Origin: an uncultured bacterium | GTDB lineage: Bacteria > Chloroflexota > UBA5177 > JANWHV01 | DNA length: 64,000 bases | Direction of reading: 5' to 3' | Assembly: GCA_963729625.1 (NCBI GenBank) | Contig: CAVSOU010000010.1 | Coordinates: 320,001 to 384,000, forward strand | Part shown: in pieces, positions 29,990 to 38,847 of the stretch | Position numbering within the stretch: position 1 is the first letter of the stretch | How the letters are laid out: each line of letters begins with the position of its first letter | Translations under genes and position numbers: made by a program | Notes under the pieces: model-generated | The model's input: only the letters and a program-made list of their open reading frames with translations | What the model was told of the DNA's origin: nothing | Database searches by the model: none

Positions 29990-30913
29990 ATGAGCGCAGT
30001 CCCGAGTGTCTCGGTCGTAATGCCGGTATTCAATTGTGAGGCCTACGTGCGCGAGGCGATCGACAGCATATTGGGTCAGAGCCTCACTAATCTAGAGCTG
30101 ATAATCGTTGACGACGGTTCGACTGACGGCAGCCCGAACGTGTTGAGGACCGTCCGCGACCGTCGTGCCCGCGTTCTACGCCAGCGCAACAGCGGCGCGT
30201 ATGCGGCTCGCAATACCGGATTGGCTGCGGCGCGCGCAGAGTACATTGCCAGTATGGACGCCGACGACATTTGTCACCCTGACCGCCTGTGGTTGCAACA
30301 TGAATACCTTAGATCCCACCGCCAGGTAGGTCTGGTCGGCTCCTGGTACGTGCGATTCGACCGGCATCAAGAGACCGAGTACCGCGCACCTACCGAGGAT
30401 TACGACATCAAATATGCGTTGTTCAATGAGAACGTCTTCGCCGGTGGGGGGGTCATGATGCGGACTGACGTTGTTCGGCGAGCACAGGGCTACAGGTCAT
30501 TCTACGCGGACGACTATGATCTGTGGCTCAGAATCGCCGAGTTATCCGAGGCGGCAATCATTCCGATATTTCTTTACAGATACAGAATCAGCCAATCGCA
30601 GACCACCGCTACCGTTGGCTTGCGAATGCGCGACGATGGCCTGAGGGCAGTGCGGCTGGCGATCCAACGTTGCATCTCAGGGTGGGATAGTCTTGGTTAC
30701 CATAGTCCGTGGACCAACCAGAAGCGGGCGTTCGCGACAACGTGCCAGGCCTTCGCCGCGCACGCTCTAAAGTTGGGCAACATTGATCTATGTCTTCGAA
30801 TCCTGGCGTGCTCACTCAAGCGAGATCCTTTGTGGACGCTCGACGCGTGGGCGAGAAACGCCTCTCGGCTTGCAAGACGTAGGCAGCCATCAGGTATCTG
30901 GATTTCGAGATGA
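29990..30913 (+). CDS. GT2 glycosyltransferase
   Basis: SVVMPVFN, VDDGSTD, MDADD, DDYDLWLR. Confidence 0.92.
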   Translation: MSAVPSVSVVMPVFNCEAYVREAIDSILGQSLTNLELIIVDDGSTDGSPNVLRTVRDRRARVLRQRNSGAYAARNTGLAAARAEYIASMDADDICHPDRLWLQHEYLRSHRQVGLVGSWYVRFDRHQETEYRAPTEDYDIKYALFNENVFAGGGVMMRTDVVRRAQGYRSFYADDYDLWLRIAELSEAAIIPIFLYRYRISQSQTTATVGLRMRDDGLRAVRLAIQRCISGWDSLGYHSPWTNQKRAFATTCQAFAAHALKLGNIDLCLRILACSLKRDPLWTLDAWARNASRLARRRQPSGIWISR

Positions 30914-31185
30914 CAGCCTGCACAACGGCATCAGTATCGGCTCTGCATTCCGTATGGCCTACGGACGCCAGACGACCTGACTGGACAGTTCCAGTGGGAT
31001 CGGGCAGAACTTGCCGGGCCCAGCCTCCGGCACGGCGCTATCCAAGCATGATGCAATCGGCTGCGGCTATGTCGTCCAGACGCGGTGAGTGTGCAACTAC
31101 TTCCTCCGTCGGCCGATCATCCAGACAGGGTGCTGCGCGGTCACAATAGTAGGCAGACCACACGGCACCCTTCGCATCCTTGAGG

Positions 31186-31905
31186 CTAGGCCAGCGTCAG
31201 TCCCAAATACGACATTCCCGGGAGCCCAACATGTTGATGAAATATCTGCTGGGGCGCATACGACTCGAGAAAGTCCTGTATGGCCAGATACGGTCCATGG
31301 TTATAGCCTGAAGACGGCTGGTAGAACGTATCGTGCACGAGTATCGCGCTGCCGCCCGCGAGCAGCCTGGCCAGCTCCAGCTCTCGCCGAACTGTCTCCT
31401 GGCGGTGATCGCCGTCGAGAAACAGCAGGCATCGGCTTGCGGGACTCGCGCGTATGAGGCGCTCGGCGATCGTAGCTCCGTCGCCGACATGCTTCTTCAC
31501 CGGAGTCCCGCGAATGAATTCTGCGTGGCGATCGCCTGGGTATTCGGGGTGCGAAGGATCAAGCAAGTCGATGGTATGGATGGCTGTCGGCGTCCGCATC
31601 CGCTTACTCAGATCGTGCCAGATGCGCGCGCTCTTGCCGAGATGCGTGCCTATGTCAATCACGATCTCAGGCGAATGGTAGGCGAAGACGGCGGTCATGA
31701 GAAGGAGTTCGTCGAGCGGGTATGGCCGATCTCCAACCGCCTTCCGCAAGTCCAGCACCGTTGTTGACGCCGCCCACTTGTCGACTTCAAGCTGTTGCGG
31801 CTTGGCAGAGCCCGACCAACCAGGTAGTGAACCGTGTTTGCGATCGATGCGAGCTCGGATGCTCGCAAGCACGCTTCTTCCAGGCCGAAGCCCACGCACG
31901 TTCAT
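31186..31905 (-). CDS. Class I SAM-dependent methyltransferase (Methyltransf_24/CmcI-like)
   Basis: IDIGTHLGKS, TIDL, FLDGDH, LVHDT; GGGAGG RBS. Confidence 0.8.
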   Translation of the reverse strand: MNVRGLRPGRSVLASIRARIDRKHGSLPGWSGSAKPQQLEVDKWAASTTVLDLRKAVGDRPYPLDELLLMTAVFAYHSPEIVIDIGTHLGKSARIWHDLSKRMRTPTAIHTIDLLDPSHPEYPGDRHAEFIRGTPVKKHVGDGATIAERLIRASPASRCLLFLDGDHRQETVRRELELARLLAGGSAILVHDTFYQPSSGYNHGPYLAIQDFLESYAPQQIFHQHVGLPGMSYLGLTLA

Positions 31906-32152
31906 CAGCTACCTCCCAGGTTCGCTGCGCTATGAGTCAAGCTCAGGTTGCACCGATGCCTTGACGCTGCCCGCAATCTGCCGTGCATACTGTGTCCTGT
32001 CGAGCATGTTCCGAACCTCGGGTAGCGGAGCCAGCCATAATCCCATGTTTGCCGGCGCCAGTCAAGATCATCTGGGCATGGCCTTATACTGAACATGGGC
32101 TTTCCTGAGCGCGTCGGTGCTGCCGAGCCGAACCTGTCGAATCTGAAGGACT

Positions 32153-33157
32153 ATGCGAATACTATACGCCGGCATGAAATATGACTACGGCGATCCAGCG
32201 CGAGGCCTGAGCTTCGAGCACACAAATATCTATGACACTCTCGCGCACATGGGTCATGACGTCATCTACTTCGACTTCATGTCCGAGTTTCAGCAACGCG
32301 GCCGCGAGGCAATGAGTCGACGGCTTGTCGACATTGTTCAGGCTGAGAAACCTCAACTTCTGTTCTGCGTGCTATTTACCGACCAGTTTGATATTGACAG
32401 GCTGAAGTTCATCAGCGACAAGACTGACACGCAGACATTCAATTGGTTTTGTGACGATCACTGGCGATTCGACAACTATTCGCGCTTCTGGGCTCCGGCG
32501 TTCAACTGGGTCAGCACAACGGCCGGCAGCGCGCTACCAAAATACAAAGCGATCGGCTACACGAACGTCATCAAGACGCAGTGGGCGTGCAATCACTTTC
32601 TCTACCAGCCACTGGACCTGCCAAAGAAATACGACGTAACGTTCATCGGCCAGCCGCATGGCAACCGCCGAGAGACGATAGCGATGCTTCGACGCGCCGG
32701 ACTCGACGTGGAAACATGGGGATTCGGATGGGAGAACGGCCGCGTTGAGCAGGATCACATGATAGCGATCTTTTGCCAGAGCCGCGTGAATCTGAACCTC
32801 TCCAACTCTTCCATCAGCCGGAGACGACGACTGCTTCAGCGTGCTTTGAAGCTCCAGCTCAAATCTACGCACAGCCAGATCAAGGGAAGGAACTTCGAGG
32901 TTCCGGGCTGTCGCACGTTCCTGCTCACTGATCCCGCCGACAATCTCGACAGTTACTACACACCTGGCAAGGAGATCGGAGTGTTCGAAAACGCGCGTCG
33001 CCTGGTAGAGCGAACGCGCTACTATCTTCAGCACGAGACCGTGCGCGAGTCGATCGCACTCGAAGGATACCACCGGACGATCCGCGACCACACGTATGAG
33101 CGCCGGTTCAACGATATCTTCGCATCCATGGGACTTCTCGCCGTTGGTGAGCAATGA
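32153..33157 (+). CDS. CgeB-like glycosyltransferase
   Basis: NWFCDDHWRF, YDVTFIG, KGRNFEVPGC, DHTYERR. Confidence 0.85.
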   Translation: MRILYAGMKYDYGDPARGLSFEHTNIYDTLAHMGHDVIYFDFMSEFQQRGREAMSRRLVDIVQAEKPQLLFCVLFTDQFDIDRLKFISDKTDTQTFNWFCDDHWRFDNYSRFWAPAFNWVSTTAGSALPKYKAIGYTNVIKTQWACNHFLYQPLDLPKKYDVTFIGQPHGNRRETIAMLRRAGLDVETWGFGWENGRVEQDHMIAIFCQSRVNLNLSNSSISRRRRLLQRALKLQLKSTHSQIKGRNFEVPGCRTFLLTDPADNLDSYYTPGKEIGVFENARRLVERTRYYLQHETVRESIALEGYHRTIRDHTYERRFNDIFASMGLLAVGEQ

Positions 33158-34329
33158 GAGTACTGCATACGGTCGAGTTCTACAGCCCTAGCGTTGGCGG
33201 AGCCCAGGAGGTCGTCAAGCAGGTCTCGGAGGTACTTGTCCAGGACGGCCATCAAGTTACCGTGGCCACCAGCGCGCTGCCCAGTCGATCGGACCGCGTG
33301 ATACACGGGGTGCGTATTGTGGAGTTTCCCATCAGCGGGAACCAGGTGCGCGGTTACTCCGGGCCGACCGAAGACTACCAGCGTTTCCTGAAGCAGGGGC
33401 CGTTTGACGTGATGATGAACTACGCGGCGCAGCAATGGACCGCGGACCTGGCGTTTCCCGTGATCGACCAACTGGGGTATCCGGCAGTGCTGGCCACCTG
33501 CGGCTTCTCTGGACTGCCCGACCCGGCTTATGCCGCCTATTTCGCGCGAATGCCTGATGTTCTGCGGAAGTATCGTCGCATCATTCTTCACTCGGAAACA
33601 TATAGAGACGGCGTCTTTGCACGGAAGAGTGGCATAAGCCATATCTCCGTGATCCCAAACGGCGCCTCGGAACGCGAGTTCGCAATCAGAGACGATACGT
33701 TCAGGAACAGGTATGGAATTGCGGCTGACGTGCCACTGCTGGTCACCATCGGCTCCCACACCGGAGTGAAGGGTCACCGAGCAACAATTGAGAGCTTTCG
33801 TCGCGCCAGGATCGGTCCGGCCGTCCTCCTGGTAATTGGAAACGTGTTTGGCGCTCACGTGGGCTGTCGCCCAGATTGCAGGAGGCGCGCGTTTCGCTGC
33901 AACGTGCTTTCGCTCGGTAGGAAACGCGTGCTGGTGCTCGACCCTCCGCGAGCCGACGTGGTAGCTGCACTGCAGTCCGCGGACCTGTTCCTCTTCGCGT
34001 CCAACATCGAATGCTCGCCAATTGTCTTGTTCGAGGCGATGGCATCCCGGACTGCATTTGCCAGCGTGGCGTGTGGAAACGCGGAGGAGATCATTCGCTG
34101 GAGTGGCGGAGGCATCCTCATTCCGTCGCATGTCGATGCGCACGGCCTGGTACAGACTGACGTGGCCGCTATGGCACGGTGCATCGAGGCCCTGATCGCG
34201 GATCGCGCGCGCAGAGTGAGCCTTGCGGAAGCAGGTAATCGGGCCTGGCGCGAACGCTTTGGTTGGGCGCAGGTCGCACGCTCGTATGAGGCGACCTACC
34301 AGAACGTAGTTAAGGTGCATGGCCGGTAG
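33154..34329 (+). CDS. GT4 glycosyltransferase
   Basis: YSPSVGG, VIPNG, ECSPIVLFEAMA. Confidence 0.9.
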   Translation: MRVLHTVEFYSPSVGGAQEVVKQVSEVLVQDGHQVTVATSALPSRSDRVIHGVRIVEFPISGNQVRGYSGPTEDYQRFLKQGPFDVMMNYAAQQWTADLAFPVIDQLGYPAVLATCGFSGLPDPAYAAYFARMPDVLRKYRRIILHSETYRDGVFARKSGISHISVIPNGASEREFAIRDDTFRNRYGIAADVPLLVTIGSHTGVKGHRATIESFRRARIGPAVLLVIGNVFGAHVGCRPDCRRRAFRCNVLSLGRKRVLVLDPPRADVVAALQSADLFLFASNIECSPIVLFEAMASRTAFASVACGNAEEIIRWSGGGILIPSHVDAHGLVQTDVAAMARCIEALIADRARRVSLAEAGNRAWRERFGWAQVARSYEATYQNVVKVHGR

Positions 34330-35344
34330 GTTGGCTACTTCAAGGAAGTTGGCAGCCGACTCCGATGGAGCTACTCGGGCTCCCACCGTATCGGTTGTGA
34401 TGCCCATGTACAATGCGGCCGCGCATCTGCGCCAGGCCATCGACAGTATACTTGCCCAGACATTCCAGGACTTCGAATTCATCATTGTAGATGACGGTTC
34501 GACCGACAGTGGCGTGGACATAGTAGCGTCTTACAGCGATGGCCGTATCCGCTTGCTCAAAGAGCCTCATCGTGGACTGGTGGCCAGTTTGAACGCCGGC
34601 ATGTCAGCGAGCGTCGGTACCTATATTGCTCGCATGGATGCCGACGACATCTCTTTGCCCAATCGCATTGAGCTTCAGGTCAAAGCGCTCCAGCAGGACT
34701 CAGAAACAGGGCTGATAAGCTCGTGGTTCAGGCGGTTTCCCTGCGTCGAGGATGCCAATGTGTGGCACCCTGTTACCGACCTGGCGATTAAGTGCCGGCT
34801 TCTGTTTAGCAATCAGTTTTGCCATGGTTCGGCCATGTTCCGTCGGCAGCTTGCAATTGACTGCGGCGCGTACAGAGAAGCGGTGTTCCCGGCGGAGGAT
34901 TACGACCTCTGGCTGCGTTTGAGTGAGCGTGCGTCGGTTATGAACATCGGCATGGTGCTCTACGGTTGGCGCGCCAGCGACACGCAGATTTCCGTGTCTC
35001 GCAATGACGCGATGCATCGGGAGGTAGTGACTGCCCGAGACTTGGCAATCGAGCGGCTGCTCCTGGGCATTGATCGCCTCGGCTGCGAACTTGCCACTCC
35101 GCGAGACAATGTGCCCACACTTCTGTCCGCCTTCGCTTTGAGCGCATGGGCGATTACGACTCGGCAATGGACACTGGCATTCAAGGCGTGGTGGATCGGC
35201 ATGCACCGCACGCCAGTCCTCGCATCTCGCTGCTGGGTGGCAGTCATGCGGCACTTTGTCTTCCGACTGTTGCCTGAAAGAGCTTGGCGCTCGATTGAGT
35301 GGCGTCGTCGACGATTGTCACGACGCTTAGGTTGGCGCGCGTAA
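34319..35344 (+). CDS. GT2 glycosyltransferase
   Basis: SVVMPMYN, VDDGSTD, MDADD, AEDYDLWLR. Confidence 0.92.
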   Translation: MAGRLATSRKLAADSDGATRAPTVSVVMPMYNAAAHLRQAIDSILAQTFQDFEFIIVDDGSTDSGVDIVASYSDGRIRLLKEPHRGLVASLNAGMSASVGTYIARMDADDISLPNRIELQVKALQQDSETGLISSWFRRFPCVEDANVWHPVTDLAIKCRLLFSNQFCHGSAMFRRQLAIDCGAYREAVFPAEDYDLWLRLSERASVMNIGMVLYGWRASDTQISVSRNDAMHREVVTARDLAIERLLLGIDRLGCELATPRDNVPTLLSAFALSAWAITTRQWTLAFKAWWIGMHRTPVLASRCWVAVMRHFVFRLLPERAWRSIEWRRRRLSRRLGWRA

Positions 35345-35350
35345 GCGAGT

Positions 35351-36535
35351 TCAGCGGCCAAGCAGGCTGTGATAGAGCGCCACATACTCGGCGGCTTGTC
35401 GTTCAGAATCGAACAACCGCCGCGCGCGCTCGTGTCCCGCCTGTCCCATGCGGTATGCAAGGTCCGAGTCCGCGAGGAGCAGGCCGATCTTCTCGCCGAG
35501 GCAATCGGCATCCCCGGCAGGCACCAAGATCCCCGTGACGCCGTCTTCGACAGTCTCTCTGATTGCCGGCAGGTCTGTGGCCACGACTGGCCTGGCAGCA
35601 GCCATCGCCTCGAGCGGTACCGCACCCAGCCCCTCCTGCATCGTGCCGGCGTGAACCACCACGGTCGCCGCCGCATAAAGCGCGTCCATGTCCAGGACGT
35701 GGCCTGCGAATATTACGCTGCCAACTAGGCCGAGCCGTTCGACAAGACCATGCAGCTCACGCTCGTACTCAGGACCTCCGGAATGCGTGGCACTCATTTG
35801 CACGAGTTGGTCGCCGGCGCCGGACGGTCTGGCCGACCCACCGGCGATCACGAAGACAGCCGAACTGTCGAGCGGAGTCACGGTCGCGGCGGCGTTGAGG
35901 AAGGTGTCATGGCCCTTTCCTCCCACCAGTCGACCTGGAAGCAAAACGATCTTGGATCCAGAACCAATCCCGAGTCTTGCGCGGATCGCCTGGCGATCCT
36001 CCACACTCGCGCGGCCGGCCTCAACGCCGTTGTAGATGACGTGGAGCTTGTTGCGTGAGATGCAGTACGGCGCGTAATACTCCATGACAGTGTGCGAAAC
36101 GCAGATGATGCGCGAGGCGAACGGGCTCAGGCAACGGAACAGCAGCCTGGGGAAGGTGAAGTCGTGCAGCGTCCAGACCAGTGGACGCCGTGCCAGTGGC
36201 GCAGCCATCGCGCCAAGGATATGCGAGCGCAGCGTGTTCGTGTGTATGACATCGGCTCGCTCGGCACAGGCAAGCCTCCAAAGGCAGAATGCTCCCTGCC
36301 ACAACGACAGTGCCGAGGCAAGTCTTCGCCTGTTGAGGGGCCGCAGCTCGAGAACCCGATACTCCACGCCGCGCTCACGCAGTGCATCAACCATTTGCCT
36401 GCAATCGCCCACGGCTACCACGGGTGTGATGCGCTCGTTGCGCAGGGCCGACGCCAGCCTAACGACCATGATCTCGGCCCCACCATAGATCGGCGCGTGG
36501 TCGACGAAGAGAACCTTCGTCCGGGTTCTAGTCAC
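35351..36535 (-). CDS. GT4 glycosyltransferase
   Basis: GGAE, VIYNGV, KGHDTF, EGLGAVPLEAMA. Confidence 0.92.
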   Translation of the reverse strand: MTRTRTKVLFVDHAPIYGGAEIMVVRLASALRNERITPVVAVGDCRQMVDALRERGVEYRVLELRPLNRRRLASALSLWQGAFCLWRLACAERADVIHTNTLRSHILGAMAAPLARRPLVWTLHDFTFPRLLFRCLSPFASRIICVSHTVMEYYAPYCISRNKLHVIYNGVEAGRASVEDRQAIRARLGIGSGSKIVLLPGRLVGGKGHDTFLNAAATVTPLDSSAVFVIAGGSARPSGAGDQLVQMSATHSGGPEYERELHGLVERLGLVGSVIFAGHVLDMDALYAAATVVVHAGTMQEGLGAVPLEAMAAARPVVATDLPAIRETVEDGVTGILVPAGDADCLGEKIGLLLADSDLAYRMGQAGHERARRLFDSERQAAEYVALYHSLLGR

Positions 36536-37078
36536 CCTTCACGCCTCCAGCCCGCGGACGTAACCTGGATCATCTCAGCGCTCACCTCCACGAGGCGCGT
36601 GTCATAGGAAACTGTCCGGTGCGCCGCCGGTTGCTCCGACACGTCCTGCGACGCACTGTGCCAGTAGCGGCGCGCACATTTGATGATACTCGGGCCGAGA
36701 CAGGCAAACACACGCCGACCGCACCGACTCGACAGGCCCTGGCCGGCCGGATCACGTGAGCATAGGCCTTCAGCTGTGGCTGGATTGGGGACCACCCGTT
36801 CTGCGAGCGACGCACCGCCCGCGTCCGGCTGCTCCTCGGGCCATTTCCATGCGGGACGGAGGCCAGCATTACTTGAGGTTCGAGATTGCCGGTTAACGCC
36901 GTCAGGCCAAACTGGAACACGACTGCACGTGACAAGCGACGGCTCAGTCAGGCAGACCAACCGCAGTGGTCATCGGAGAGGCTGGGCAACACACCAGCAT
37001 GGTGATTGAACGCACGAGGGGACCCTGCTACGGTGTGGTACGTGAATAGCCCGGGTCGAGAACAGGAGCGCTGAACCG

Positions 37079-38737
37079 ATGATGCGTGTCGCGGACCCAA
37101 CGCCCGCGCCGGCAGGCGAGTCGCGAGAGCCCGATCGGCGCGCCCAGTTCTCGAACGCCTCACAGCAGCGCCTCTGGCTGCTGCCCACCGGGCTGGCCGC
37201 GTGCTTCTTCTGCCTGGTGCTGGCGCCATTCGTGCTTGGAGGTGCTTGCCAGCCGTCTGGACGCTTCTTCACCGGGACCCTGAAGGCGTTGGGAGACGAA
37301 GGGATTTACATTTCGGCCGTCCGGCAAGGCGCGGAAGGGACATGGCTCTGGCGCGACCAGTTCATGGTCCACATGCCGTCCCCCATAGTCTCGTACTTTT
37401 CCTACATAGTTTTCGGACATCTTGGCGCGCTGCTCGGACTCTCCGTGCAGGCGACCTATGCGCTGATGCACGGCGTGGCAGCCGTCTGCCTGTTCGCAAC
37501 GCTGTGGCTGCTGGGCTCGCTGTACCTCGAGCGAAAGAACCGAGTATGGTTTGTTGCATTTGCCCTTGGCACAAGCGGCCTCTACTGGCTGGACGCGCTT
37601 ATCGGGGTTAGCGGGCATGAGCCGACCTCGCTGCCCTGGATGGCGATGCCACCCCTGGGTGGCCTGACCTCTGCTCTCATGGGCGCCCACGAGACGCTTG
37701 GAACGGCTGGCCAGGTCATGGTCATCACCAGCATACTGGCGGTGACGGATCGCAATGCCGGGCGACACTGGCTGGCGATGGTGTATGGAGCCTTGGGCAC
37801 GCTGCTCGTGGGCCTCACGCTTCCAATGCTCCTGCCGGTCTCCGTAGCAGCGATCGGGCTGTGCTCTCTTCGCTATGTCGCCAGCGTTGCAAAGGGCCCC
37901 GCGCCCATCAAGGCCGTCACCGCCGTTCTCGTTCGTTGCAGCATTATCGCTGCGCCAGCCATTCCGACGGCGGCATACTACTTCTGGGAGGTCTCGGCCG
38001 GCGCGTGGTCCGGGGGCAATATCGCGGGCGTTCCAGGCCGGCCGCTTGTCGAAGCATTGCTCCAGTGGGGAATTGTCTTGCCGGCCGGCGCCTGGGGATG
38101 GTTCCGAGCACGTTCTGCCGATCGGCCCCTTGCCGATGCTCTCGGACTTTGGTGCTGTTCAGCGCTCGCGTGCATGGCGCTCCCGTTCTGGCTGGGATTT
38201 CGCTTCAGCACGGGAATCACGACGATGGCGGGTGGGCTCATTGCACTGGGAATCCTCGGCCGACCGTTCACATCGCGCATCCGCACCCGCGCGCTTCTTG
38301 CGGTCAGTCTGGGCGCGACGATTCACTACGTGTTCCTTGTCGCGCTGACGGCCTCGGGCCAGGACACAGCGCTGTATGTCCCAACTGCTCGACATCAGGC
38401 GATGCAGTGGATTGCGGCACACTCAAACGAGAGTGACGTTGTGCTTGCGCCGCTCGGTTTCAGCAATCAGCTCCCGGAAGTGGCGCACTGCAGGCTGGTC
38501 GCCGGGCATGGCTTTCTCACCTTCGACATGCCGCTCCGCGATCGCCAGCTTCACGCCTTCTACGATCCCACTACGTCGCCGAGTCTACGCCTCGCCGTGC
38601 TTCAGGCAACCTCGGCCGATCTCGTCGTGTTCGATCCGACCGATTCGGAGGATGGCACCTTCGATCCTAAGGACATGTCCGTATTGGCGCCAGTCTTCTC
38701 TTCCGGCGGAATCACCGTTTCCAAGCTCATACACTGA
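37079..38737 (+). CDS. Polytopic membrane protein, probable GT-C fold glycosyltransferase
   Basis: Many hydrophobic helices, first-loop acidic motif GDEGIY...RQG, soluble C-terminal domain (AMQWI...VVLA); AGGAG RBS. Confidence 0.6.
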   Translation: MMRVADPTPAPAGESREPDRRAQFSNASQQRLWLLPTGLAACFFCLVLAPFVLGGACQPSGRFFTGTLKALGDEGIYISAVRQGAEGTWLWRDQFMVHMPSPIVSYFSYIVFGHLGALLGLSVQATYALMHGVAAVCLFATLWLLGSLYLERKNRVWFVAFALGTSGLYWLDALIGVSGHEPTSLPWMAMPPLGGLTSALMGAHETLGTAGQVMVITSILAVTDRNAGRHWLAMVYGALGTLLVGLTLPMLLPVSVAAIGLCSLRYVASVAKGPAPIKAVTAVLVRCSIIAAPAIPTAAYYFWEVSAGAWSGGNIAGVPGRPLVEALLQWGIVLPAGAWGWFRARSADRPLADALGLWCCSALACMALPFWLGFRFSTGITTMAGGLIALGILGRPFTSRIRTRALLAVSLGATIHYVFLVALTASGQDTALYVPTARHQAMQWIAAHSNESDVVLAPLGFSNQLPEVAHCRLVAGHGFLTFDMPLRDRQLHAFYDPTTSPSLRLAVLQATSADLVVFDPTDSEDGTFDPKDMSVLAPVFSSGGITVSKLIH

Positions 38738-38847
38738 CATGACCACGTCGAGTCCTCACAGAATCCTCGACCGGTTGCCCCGACTGGTGGTATACCTTGA
38801 GCGGGCGATCCGCGGCACCGTTTTCCCATGTAGACGCTGGAGATAGA

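Noticed and set aside
36536-37078. 540-nt divergent intergenic region with several short ORFs
   Set aside because: No convincing coding signal, repeat or known RNA motif; a small gene or sRNA cannot be excluded without expression data.
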